Origin: Elusimicrobiaceae bacterium
Lineage (GTDB): Bacteria; Elusimicrobiota; Elusimicrobia; Elusimicrobiales; Elusimicrobiaceae
Direction: 5' to 3'
Length of the DNA: 51,333 nt
NCBI GenBank assembly: GCA_017417005.1
Contig: JAFQAA010000030.1
Coordinates: 1-51,333 of the forward strand
Of this stretch, positions 39,696-50,133 are shown piece after piece; positions within the stretch are counted from its first letter, which is position 1; the number at the start of each line of letters is the position of its first letter. The notes under the pieces are model-generated. The model searched no databases, was not told the origin of the DNA, and saw nothing but the letters and a program-made list of their open reading frames with translations. Made by a program: the position numbers and the translations under genes.

Positions 39696-40766
39696 TTAGT
39701 AAGTCCATAAATAAGAAACTTTCGGCGTGGAAAGCTCTTCTATCTTTGTGTTTAGTTTGCTTTGTGCTGCACCAAAGAGAAAACCTAAATCTGAAATCGC
39801 AGCGGAATTTGCATTTCTTATTTTAATATCTTTTTGCTTTGTCATTTGTTCAAGTAATTTTTTTGCTTCTTCCATACCGCCAAGTTCATCAATTAAGCCA
39901 AGGGCTTTTGCCTGGCTACCCGTCCACACGCGTCCATCGGCATAAAGGCGCAATTTTTCTTCCGGGATATTAGGGCGTGCTTTTTTTACGGCATTTAAAA
40001 ATTGGGAGTAAGTGTCATTTATCATATCTTGTAAAAGTTGCTGTTCTTCTTCTGTCATTTCTCTGTAAGGCGAGCCTATATCTTTATGCTTTGCCGATTT
40101 TATAGGTTTAAAAGAAACACCTATTTTTTCAAGCAAAGGGGCAAAATTTGCGCCTTGCATAATTACACCGATAGAACCGGTTATGGTGCCGGGCTGTGCC
40201 ACAATTTTATCAGCTGCCGTTGCAATATAATAACCGCCGCTTGCCGAAACATCCCTAAACAAAGCAACAACCGGTTTGTTTTTGCTTCTAAAGTAGTTAA
40301 GAGCATTATAAATATCCTGCACAGAAGCCACCGTTCCGCCTGGAGAGTTAATATCTAAAAGTAAGGAGTGCACATTTTTATCTTCGGCCAAATCTCTTAT
40401 TCTTGCGGCAATTTGGCTTGGTTTTTGACTTGAAGACCAAGGTTTAGAATCGGAACTTTCCTGTATAACCCCGCGTATTTTTATTAAAGCAGTTATGGGT
40501 GTATTGAAACTTTCTTTTTTAGAAAAAGTTTTTATAACTTCTGTTGATGTTTCCTCTTTCACCGGGGCTTGTTGCTTTGGATTAAAAATAATATAAGCGG
40601 CACTTATTATGGAAAGGCCAAAAATACAAATTAAGGCAGTTATTAAAGTATTTGTAATAAAGGAATTTCTAAAATAGTTAGGTTTTATATCAATTATTTC
40701 TTCGGATTTAATTTCATTTTGCATAGGTTTTTGTTCTTGATTATTTTGGTTATTAAAGTCTTGCAT
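39696..40766 (-). CDS. sppA: Signal peptide peptidase SppA (36K type, S49)
   Basis: 356 aa. N-terminal TM segment, then INSPGGTV, ASGGYYIATAADKIVAQPGTITGSIGV, and a Lys-containing KHKDIGSP region. Confidence 0.9.
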   Translation of the reverse strand: MQDFNNQNNQEQKPMQNEIKSEEIIDIKPNYFRNSFITNTLITALICIFGLSIISAAYIIFNPKQQAPVKEETSTEVIKTFSKKESFNTPITALIKIRGVIQESSDSKPWSSSQKPSQIAARIRDLAEDKNVHSLLLDINSPGGTVASVQDIYNALNYFRSKNKPVVALFRDVSASGGYYIATAADKIVAQPGTITGSIGVIMQGANFAPLLEKIGVSFKPIKSAKHKDIGSPYREMTEEEQQLLQDMINDTYSQFLNAVKKARPNIPEEKLRLYADGRVWTGSQAKALGLIDELGGMEEAKKLLEQMTKQKDIKIRNANSAAISDLGFLFGAAQSKLNTKIEELSTPKVSYLWTY

Positions 40767-40835
40767 AAAAATCCTCCTATCTTAATTATATCAATAAATG
40801 ATACAATTATCTTGTAGTAATGGGAGGCCTCATTT

Positions 40836-41717
40836 ATGTTTAAAGGTGTTTTAACGGCACTTATTACGCCGTTTAAAGATAATAAAATTGATTTTCGCGC
40901 TTTAGAAGTTTTAATTGAAAAACAACTTGCAGCCGGTGTCAGCGGTTTTGTTGTTTTAGGCACAACAGCAGAAACCCCTGCTTTAAACGAACAGGAAAAA
41001 CAGGATTTAATAAAATTTTGCACGGAAAAAATAAATAAGAGGGCAAAAATTATTATTGGCACAGGCAGCAATAATACCCAGGCGATGTTAAAGAATTGCG
41101 AGGCTGCCTCTAAATATAATCCCGATGCTCTTTTAATTGTTACTCCTTACTATAACAAACCCAATTTAAGCGGTATGATAGCGCATTATACTCTTGCTTC
41201 TCAGTTTAACACGCCGATAGTTTTATATCATATCCCCGGCAGAACAGGGCAAAAATTATCCCTAAAGTTTTTTGAAGAACTTTTAAATAATGTCCCGCAA
41301 ATTCAAGCAGTTAAAGAATCTTGCTATGATATTTCACATTTAACGGAAATGAGCGTAAAGTTTTCTTCCCGTATAGAATATCTTTGCGGCAATGATGATT
41401 TATGGCCTGTCTTTTTGGGTCTTGGCTCCCGCGCAATTATTAGTGCGGCGGCCAATACTATGGCTCCTTTATTTGTTAAGGTTTATACTTTATTTACCGG
41501 GGGCAAAACTCAGGAAGCGATGGCCCTTTTTAGCCAAGGGTATTCTTTGATAAAAGCCAGTTATACTGAGGTCAACCCGACCTGCATTAAATATCTTTTA
41601 TCTTTAATGAATTTAGCAAGCGATGAAGTCCGCCTTCCCCTTGGCACCATTAGCGATGAAAGTAAAAAAATGCTTAGTCAACTTTACTTACAAACTTCAA
41701 AGGAAATACTTTTATGA
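40836..41717 (+). CDS. dapA: 4-hydroxy-tetrahydrodipicolinate synthase
   Basis: 293 aa. GVLTALITPF, VVLGTTAETPAL, PYYNKP and LYHIPGRTG. Confidence 0.95.
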   Translation: MFKGVLTALITPFKDNKIDFRALEVLIEKQLAAGVSGFVVLGTTAETPALNEQEKQDLIKFCTEKINKRAKIIIGTGSNNTQAMLKNCEAASKYNPDALLIVTPYYNKPNLSGMIAHYTLASQFNTPIVLYHIPGRTGQKLSLKFFEELLNNVPQIQAVKESCYDISHLTEMSVKFSSRIEYLCGNDDLWPVFLGLGSRAIISAAANTMAPLFVKVYTLFTGGKTQEAMALFSQGYSLIKASYTEVNPTCIKYLLSLMNLASDEVRLPLGTISDESKKMLSQLYLQTSKEILL

Positions 41718-42445
41718 ACAAAAAAATTTCCGTTTTAAAATTTGGTGGCAATACCCTTGCTAATAAAGAAAAAATTTTACTAGCAGTTAAACTTATCAAG
41801 CAACGCTGGCAGGAAGGCTGTTTGCCTGTTATTGTAGCCTCAGCCAATGGCAATTTTACGGATATTCTTTTAGATAATGCTTACACTCTAAGCCCTGCGC
41901 CAAACAAACGCGAACTTGATATGCTTATAACTACCGGCGAAAGAATAAGCGTTGCCCTTTTATCTATTGCTTTAAACGAGGCAGGTTTGCCCTCTGTTTC
42001 TCTAACGGGTTCGCAAATTGGCCTTATAACAACTTCCACCCACGCAGGCGCGCAAATTGTGGAAATTAAAAGCGATCGCTTAAAACGCGAACTTGAACAA
42101 GGGCATATTCCCATAATTGCCGGTTTCCAAGGAATAGGACAAAACAAAGAAATTACCACTTTAAAACGGGGGGGTTCGGATGTTTCGGCGGTGTTTATAG
42201 CCTCTTTCCTTGGGGCCGATCATGTGGAAATGATTAAAGATGTTGACGGAGTTTATGATAAAGATCCCAATATTAATAAAGATGCAAAAAAGTTAAATCT
42301 TTTAGATTTTGATGTTATGTATAAACTTGCTCTTGAGGGGGCAAATGTGTTGCACCCCGATGCCATAACTTTGGCAAAAGAAAAGGGCATAGAAATTAGA
42401 ATAATTTACTATAAAACAGGTGTGGCAGGCACAATAATAAAATGA
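41714..42445 (+). CDS. lysC: Aspartate kinase, catalytic amino-acid-kinase domain only (no ACT domains)
   Basis: 243 aa. VLKFGGNTL, TTGERISVALLSIAL, LTGSQ.GLIT, IPIIAGFQG, TTLKRGGSDVSA, DVDGVYDKDP and GANVLHPDA. The ORF ends just after the ...GT.I. motif that normally precedes the ACT pair. Confidence 0.85.
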   Translation: MNKKISVLKFGGNTLANKEKILLAVKLIKQRWQEGCLPVIVASANGNFTDILLDNAYTLSPAPNKRELDMLITTGERISVALLSIALNEAGLPSVSLTGSQIGLITTSTHAGAQIVEIKSDRLKRELEQGHIPIIAGFQGIGQNKEITTLKRGGSDVSAVFIASFLGADHVEMIKDVDGVYDKDPNINKDAKKLNLLDFDVMYKLALEGANVLHPDAITLAKEKGIEIRIIYYKTGVAGTIIK

Positions 42446-43320
42446 TTAAAATAGCAATTTACGGCATTAACGGCCTTGTCGGTAGTTTGATGGAAGAACA
42501 ATTAAAACACTTAACAAAACCTTATGAACTTTTAAGGGTCGGCAGTCAGGATAAACCCGTTGAAAGCGATATCGCAATTTTATGTACGGATGATGAAATA
42601 AGTTTTAACTTGGCTAGAATTTTAAAAGATAAAGCAAAATTTATTGTTGATATGTCGGCCAAATTTAGAAATGAACCAAATATCCCTTTAGTTATACCGG
42701 AAATTAACCCCCACGCTATAACTTTTAAAACGCAACTTATTTCAAGTCCAAATTGCACAACAACAGGGCTTGTAATGGCGTTAAATCCTTTAAAAAAGAA
42801 ATATACTCTTGAAGAAGTTTTCTTTTCTTCTTATCAAGCCATTAGCGGTGGCGGCAAAAAACTTTTGGAAGATTTTAAGAACCCTTCTTCCTTATATCAA
42901 GCAAATTGTGTGCCTTTAATTGGTTCTATAAAAGAAAATTTATGGACGAGTGAAGAACTTAAAGGCTTAAATGAAACGCGCAAAATTTTGGAACTTCCCA
43001 AAATAAAAGTGCGCTGTCATTGTGTCAGAGTGCCGGTGGAAGTTTCGCATAGTTTATGTGTTTCTTTGCGCGCAAAAGAAGATTTTGATTTAGAATCTTT
43101 ACCTTCTTTATTTGCCACGCAAAAAGGCCTTGTTTATGATACCAAAATCCATACGCCTAAAGAAGTGTCCGGCAGGGATGAAGTTTTTATCAGCCGTCTT
43201 AGACTTGACCCGGAAGATAAAAACTATATTCACTTTTGGATAACATTTGATAATCTTTTAAAAGGGGCAGCTTTAAACGGCAGGCAAATAGTTGCTTACT
43301 TAATGGAGAAGTTTTTATGA
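42442..43320 (+). CDS. asd: Aspartate-semialdehyde dehydrogenase (short form)
   Basis: 292 aa. GINGLVG nucleotide loop, active-site SSPNCTTTG, QAISGGG and RVPVEVSHS. Confidence 0.88.
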   Translation: MIKIAIYGINGLVGSLMEEQLKHLTKPYELLRVGSQDKPVESDIAILCTDDEISFNLARILKDKAKFIVDMSAKFRNEPNIPLVIPEINPHAITFKTQLISSPNCTTTGLVMALNPLKKKYTLEEVFFSSYQAISGGGKKLLEDFKNPSSLYQANCVPLIGSIKENLWTSEELKGLNETRKILELPKIKVRCHCVRVPVEVSHSLCVSLRAKEDFDLESLPSLFATQKGLVYDTKIHTPKEVSGRDEVFISRLRLDPEDKNYIHFWITFDNLLKGAALNGRQIVAYLMEKFL

Positions 43321-43970
43321 TTAAAGTTTTTTTAAATGGCGCAAGCGGCCAAATGGGACAATTAATTACCAAAAATATTGATTTGTGTGAGGATATGCAA
43401 ATTGTTGGCAAAAAAGATAAAGATGTTTTTGAAAACGGCGAAAAATTTGATATTTTAATTGATTTTAGTTTACCCGAAGGCGCAAAAGAGGCTTTCCAAA
43501 TAGCAAAACAAAACAAGGCAGCTTTTTTGTGCGGCACAACAAATTTATCTGAAAGTTTTATAGCAATTTTAAAGCAGGAAAAAGAAATACCTGTTTTTTA
43601 TTCCCCCAATGTCAGTATAGGTGTTTATCTTTTTGGTTGCTTGCTTAAAGAAGCCGTGCAAAAATATCAAGATTATAAGTTTGCTTTACACGAAGAACAC
43701 CACGCCAAAAAGAAAGATGCGCCGAGCGGTACAGCCAAAGCCTTAGCTACTTTAATTAATTTCCCGCAAGAAAAAATTACTTACATCCGTAAAGGTCAGT
43801 TGCCCGGCACCCATAGTTTAACGATAACTTCTTTTGCCGGGGATGAAGAGATTTTGTTGCAACATAAAGCCTTAGATCGCAATTTATTTGCCTCTTCGGC
43901 AATCAAAATTGCCCGCTGGCTAGTTAGCCAAAAAGGCGGATTTTATACAATGGAGAATTTTGTAAAATGA
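43317..43970 (+). CDS. dapB: 4-hydroxy-tetrahydrodipicolinate reductase (short form)
   Basis: 217 aa. GASGQMG, IDFSLPE, SPNVSIGV and EEHHAKKKDAPSGTA (the DapB E.HH..K.DAPSGTA signature). Confidence 0.9.
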   Translation: MIKVFLNGASGQMGQLITKNIDLCEDMQIVGKKDKDVFENGEKFDILIDFSLPEGAKEAFQIAKQNKAAFLCGTTNLSESFIAILKQEKEIPVFYSPNVSIGVYLFGCLLKEAVQKYQDYKFALHEEHHAKKKDAPSGTAKALATLINFPQEKITYIRKGQLPGTHSLTITSFAGDEEILLQHKALDRNLFASSAIKIARWLVSQKGGFYTMENFVK

Positions 43971-45301
43971 AAATACATTTTGTTGGTATCGGTGGCGTGG
44001 GTATGAGCGCGCTTGCCCAACTTCACGCTATGAACGGCGATGAAGTTAGTGGTTCTGACCGCTTAATAAATAATGGTTTTACCCAGCTTCCTATTTGGCA
44101 AACTTTAATAAAACTTGGTGTAAAAGTTTTTCCCCAAAACGGCAGTGCAATTACCCCTGAAACAGATGCCGTTATTTTAACTTCCGCCATAGAACCGGAT
44201 AATATAGAAATTAAAAAAGCAAAAGAGTATGGCATACCTGTTTTGCACCGCTCGGAACTTTTGGCAAAACATGTCAAAGAACACCACACTATTGCAATTT
44301 CCGGCACAAGTGGTAAAAGCACCACAACAGCAATGCTTTTTGAGATTTTGCGCCAAGCCGGCAAGGAACCTTCTTTAATCACAGGCGGTTTTTTGCTTTC
44401 TTTACAAGGGGAAGGCTTTTTTGGCAATGTCTATAAAGGCAAAAGCGATATTTTAGTTATTGAGGCCGATGAGTCTGATGGAACTTTGGTTAACTATCAT
44501 CCTAAAATCGGGCTTATGCTTAATCTTGCCAAAGACCATAAAGAACTTGAAACTTTAAAAGGCTATTTTAAAAAGTTTAGAATTAATTGCGATAAATTTA
44601 TTTATAATGGCGATCAAACAGACTTAGAAGAAATTGGTAAAGGCTCTTTAACTTTTTCTTTAAAGGATGCAACAAATATTAAAATGGATGGTTTTTGTTC
44701 CACCTTTGAAATTGAAGGAGTGCCTTTTAAAATCAATTTACCGGGCGAGCATTATATAAAAGATGCTCTTGGGGCAATAGCAGCCGCCCGCCAGGAGGGC
44801 GTTAGCCTTGAAGACTGCGCTATCGCGCTTGAAAACTTTAAAGGTGTTTGGCGCCGTTTTAATTCTATTGGCACTAAAAATCAAATAGAAGTTATTGACG
44901 ATTTTGCCCATAACCCCCATAAACTTGCCGCCACTTTAAAAGCAGCGCACTTACGCGGCAAAAGGGTGCTAGCCTTTTTTCAACCGCATGCTTTTACAAG
45001 CGTGCAACTTTTACTTAAAGAATTTATTGACGAATTTAGCACAAATATCAAAGAGCAAGACCACCTTTGGCTTGGCGAAATTTATTATGCCGGTGGCACA
45101 ATTCCGCCTAATATTTCAAGCAAACTTATTTATGAGGGGCTTAAACATAAAGGCACACCGGTTAGTTTTTTAAGTGGCAGAGATGACACTGCTAAAGATA
45201 TTGCAGCTAGCGCAAAACCGGGCGATGTTATTTTGGTTATGGGCGCGCGCGATCCAACTTTAACCGACTATGCAAAGCAAATTTTTAATATGTTAAAATA
45301 A
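43967..45301 (+). CDS. murC: UDP-N-acetylmuramate--L-alanine ligase
   Basis: 444 aa. HFVGIGGVGMSALAQL...G..VSGSD (MurC-type N-terminus) and P-loop ISGTSGKSTTTAML. Overlaps dapB by 4 nt. Confidence 0.85.
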   Translation: MKIHFVGIGGVGMSALAQLHAMNGDEVSGSDRLINNGFTQLPIWQTLIKLGVKVFPQNGSAITPETDAVILTSAIEPDNIEIKKAKEYGIPVLHRSELLAKHVKEHHTIAISGTSGKSTTTAMLFEILRQAGKEPSLITGGFLLSLQGEGFFGNVYKGKSDILVIEADESDGTLVNYHPKIGLMLNLAKDHKELETLKGYFKKFRINCDKFIYNGDQTDLEEIGKGSLTFSLKDATNIKMDGFCSTFEIEGVPFKINLPGEHYIKDALGAIAAARQEGVSLEDCAIALENFKGVWRRFNSIGTKNQIEVIDDFAHNPHKLAATLKAAHLRGKRVLAFFQPHAFTSVQLLLKEFIDEFSTNIKEQDHLWLGEIYYAGGTIPPNISSKLIYEGLKHKGTPVSFLSGRDDTAKDIAASAKPGDVILVMGARDPTLTDYAKQIFNMLK

Positions 45302-45317
45302 GTTAGAGGTTTTTAAT

Positions 45318-47703
<2,386 letters not shown>

Positions 47704-47706
47704 ACT

Positions 47707-48825
47707 ATGCAAGATACCCCCGAAAAAGACTATTATGAAATTATAGATATAAAGAATCAGGCAAAATACAAAGTTTGGCAAGAAACATCAGATACAAAAA
47801 GATATAGTTCTGATTTAAGAAACCCGTATAACAATATAGATTTTTCTAATTTTGAAGCACAAAATTACGGCAAAGTTTTTAAAAGGACAATTTCCCCACA
47901 AGTAAAACAAAAAGAAAAATCAATGCTAGCTAAAATTATCGGCATACTTGCTATCGTTTATTTTATTATGTGGTTGATATTGTTGGCAGTGCTTTTTATG
48001 ATAGATTTATTTGGTCCTTCTGAAATTCATTATTCCTTGCAGGAAGACACCTCTGTTTTTGCTCCTTTTATTGGGCTTTTTGCCCTTGTGTTTTTTATAC
48101 TATCTTTATTCTTTTTATTTTTGCTACCAAAATTTTTCTCGGGTTTTCTTATACAAAAAGCTACACTGAAGGTCTCGGACGTTCTTTATAAAAGTCTTAG
48201 CAAACCGACACTTGCAGATTTAAAGAAAGCATTTTTTAATGCTTTAAAAATAGAATATTATCCTATTAATACGGTTTTATCCCAAGTGGATAATATAAGC
48301 GAACTTATGGCTAAAATAAACCCTGCTTACAAAAAATTTGTTAGAGCGGATGATTTTATTTCTCTTAATCATAAAAATTTACCTATTAGCATTGTGGAGT
48401 ATAGATCAGTCGGGCAAGAGGCCAGCAGTTGCATTTTTATAGCAACAAAAATAAATAAGCATATTACCAGAGAAACTTTTGTAAAAGCAAAAGATTCTTC
48501 TATACAAAGTGTTTCTTTCTCAGATAATTTTTTGGTGCAATCTTTTAACCCGGCGGAAGCACGCATCCTTTTAACCCCTGCTTTTAGGGCAAGATTGTTA
48601 AAGTATAGAAAAGAACATAATAATTGCCAAATTGATATTTTATTTAGCAATAAAGTATCTGATAAAGAAAATATTTTTATTTGTATTCCTTCTCAAAAGA
48701 ATTATTTTGAAATGCCCGAACAAGATTGGAAGGATGAAACAAAATCTTATCAGATTATCAGTGAAATAAGAGAAATTTTGCTTATCGTTGATGCCCTTAA
48801 ACTAGACCAAGATATAGAATTATAA
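47707..48825 (+). CDS. Hypothetical two-TM membrane protein (DUF3137-like by recollection)
   Basis: 372 aa. Cytoplasmic N-terminus, two long hydrophobic helices, and a C-terminal domain containing FSDNFLVQSFNPAEARILLTPAFRARLL, which resembles the DUF3137 signature as I remember it. Starts 3 nt after ligA. Confidence 0.55.
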   Translation: MQDTPEKDYYEIIDIKNQAKYKVWQETSDTKRYSSDLRNPYNNIDFSNFEAQNYGKVFKRTISPQVKQKEKSMLAKIIGILAIVYFIMWLILLAVLFMIDLFGPSEIHYSLQEDTSVFAPFIGLFALVFFILSLFFLFLLPKFFSGFLIQKATLKVSDVLYKSLSKPTLADLKKAFFNALKIEYYPINTVLSQVDNISELMAKINPAYKKFVRADDFISLNHKNLPISIVEYRSVGQEASSCIFIATKINKHITRETFVKAKDSSIQSVSFSDNFLVQSFNPAEARILLTPAFRARLLKYRKEHNNCQIDILFSNKVSDKENIFICIPSQKNYFEMPEQDWKDETKSYQIISEIREILLIVDALKLDQDIEL

Positions 48826-48828
48826 AAA

Positions 48829-49335
48829 TTATTTCATTTCCGCAAAAAGCATTTCATTAACTTTCTGCCAGGATTTCTTTAAATTAACTTTTTTATATTG
48901 TTTATAATTAAGATTATCGGAAACTATTTTAATTGATTTAATTTTTGGGAAAATCGTTGCCAAAATATATAATTCCATATCAAAAATGCCTTTATGTTTA
49001 GATTTTTCCACAAAATCAGTTGAGGTATAGCATTTAACTTTTGATTTTTTATCAAGGGTGTAAGTTCTATCTTTAGCAAAGTTTGAAGGTCTTTCCCTGC
49101 CTGATTTGCCGACGACTACAACCTCGCCCACATCAAAAGCATTAGCACCGCAGTAGCCGACATTAAAAAACTTATCGCCTTCTTTAAAAACCCCTTTTTT
49201 AAATAGTTTAATTATGGTTCTTAAGGTTGCATATTCGCCAAAACCGGTAATTATTATTTTTGCTTTACTTTCCAATTTTTTAGGTATTTTAACTTCCTTT
49301 GCTTCTAATTCTTCTGCTATAAAAATATAATTCAT
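48829..49335 (-). CDS. Miniature PNP_UDP_1-superfamily protein (MTA/SAH-nucleosidase-like fold)
   Basis: 168 aa. Colinear with E. coli Pfs as I recall it: IFIAEELEA ~ GIIGAMEEE; ITGFGEYA ~ KSGIGKVA; NVGYCGA ~ NTGSAGG; VGEVVVV ~ VGDIVVS; FDMELYILA ~ VEMEATAIA; IKIVSD ~ VRAISD. About 60 aa shorter than Pfs. Confidence 0.55.
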   Translation of the reverse strand: MNYIFIAEELEAKEVKIPKKLESKAKIIITGFGEYATLRTIIKLFKKGVFKEGDKFFNVGYCGANAFDVGEVVVVGKSGRERPSNFAKDRTYTLDKKSKVKCYTSTDFVEKSKHKGIFDMELYILATIFPKIKSIKIVSDNLNYKQYKKVNLKKSWQKVNEMLFAEMK

Positions 49336-49343
49336 TTTTGCTC

Positions 49344-50108
49344 CTAAAAATTCTCCTTAATATCTTTCTTTTTAAAATCGGGGTGTATGCCAAAACGCGT
49401 AATACAAAAATCGTATTTTATCGGGTCTTTTGGGCAGAACTTGGCAAGGGAAGCGGAAATTTCTAAAGCGGTTTTCATATCGGTTTGATTGCGTTTTGTT
49501 AAACCAAGCGCGCGTGCGTTTCTGTGCATATGAACATCAAGTGGCACAATAAGGCACGCCGTCGGTATTTTGGTCCATAAACCGCAGTCAACATTATCTT
49601 TACGCACGCACCAACGCAAAAACAAATTTATTCTTTTAAGGGCGCTTTTTTTATCCGGGTCCGGCACTAGAGATTTTACATCCCCAAAAGAACGCAAGGT
49701 TTTGCAAAAATTATTTAAAGCAAATAAAAAATCTCTTTTTCCTTGCGTGTAAAACTTATAAAAAAGATTTTCCAAAGATTTTTCTTTTTCCAAAATTGTT
49801 TTTATCGCAAATAAAAAATTAACAAGTTCTTCTTCGGTAGTAAAGCGATATTTAAAATTTTTAAAATCTTTTTTTAAATCTTGTTTTGTTTTGGTAAGAA
49901 GATATTTTTTGGGTTTTTCTCCCATAATGTCAAAAATCTTATTTAAATTTTTTATTATTTGTTTAACATTACCATAAGCAAAACACGCGCTGATAAGGGC
50001 TGCCACCTCTCTATCTTCGGTGTTTTTATATCGGTAAACAAACATTAAGGGGTCAGGTTCAATCAAATCAAAGCGGTTATATTTTTTATAAAGTATTTCC
50101 AAGTCCAT
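49344..50108 (-). CDS. DUF2400/TIGR02757-like protein with HhH-GPD-glycosylase-like features
   Basis: 254 aa. EDREVAALISACFAYGNVKQI and VPLDVHMHRNARALGLT resemble the helix-hairpin-helix base-excision superfamily (compare EndoIII ..LLSAQ..D..V and VDTH..RV..RLG). The family name is from memory. Confidence 0.5.
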   Translation of the reverse strand: MDLEILYKKYNRFDLIEPDPLMFVYRYKNTEDREVAALISACFAYGNVKQIIKNLNKIFDIMGEKPKKYLLTKTKQDLKKDFKNFKYRFTTEEELVNFLFAIKTILEKEKSLENLFYKFYTQGKRDFLFALNNFCKTLRSFGDVKSLVPDPDKKSALKRINLFLRWCVRKDNVDCGLWTKIPTACLIVPLDVHMHRNARALGLTKRNQTDMKTALEISASLAKFCPKDPIKYDFCITRFGIHPDFKKKDIKENF

Positions 50109-50133
50109 TAAATAAATGTTAGCATATATGTAT

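Noticed and set aside
40767-40835. Lysine (L-box) riboswitch upstream of dapA-lysC.
   Set aside because: The spacer is only 69 bp and lacks any extended pairing, so it is too short for an L-box.
40694-41071. 125-aa minus-strand ORF spanning the sppA/dapA divergent region.
   Set aside because: It overlaps the 5' ends of both real genes and has no motifs.
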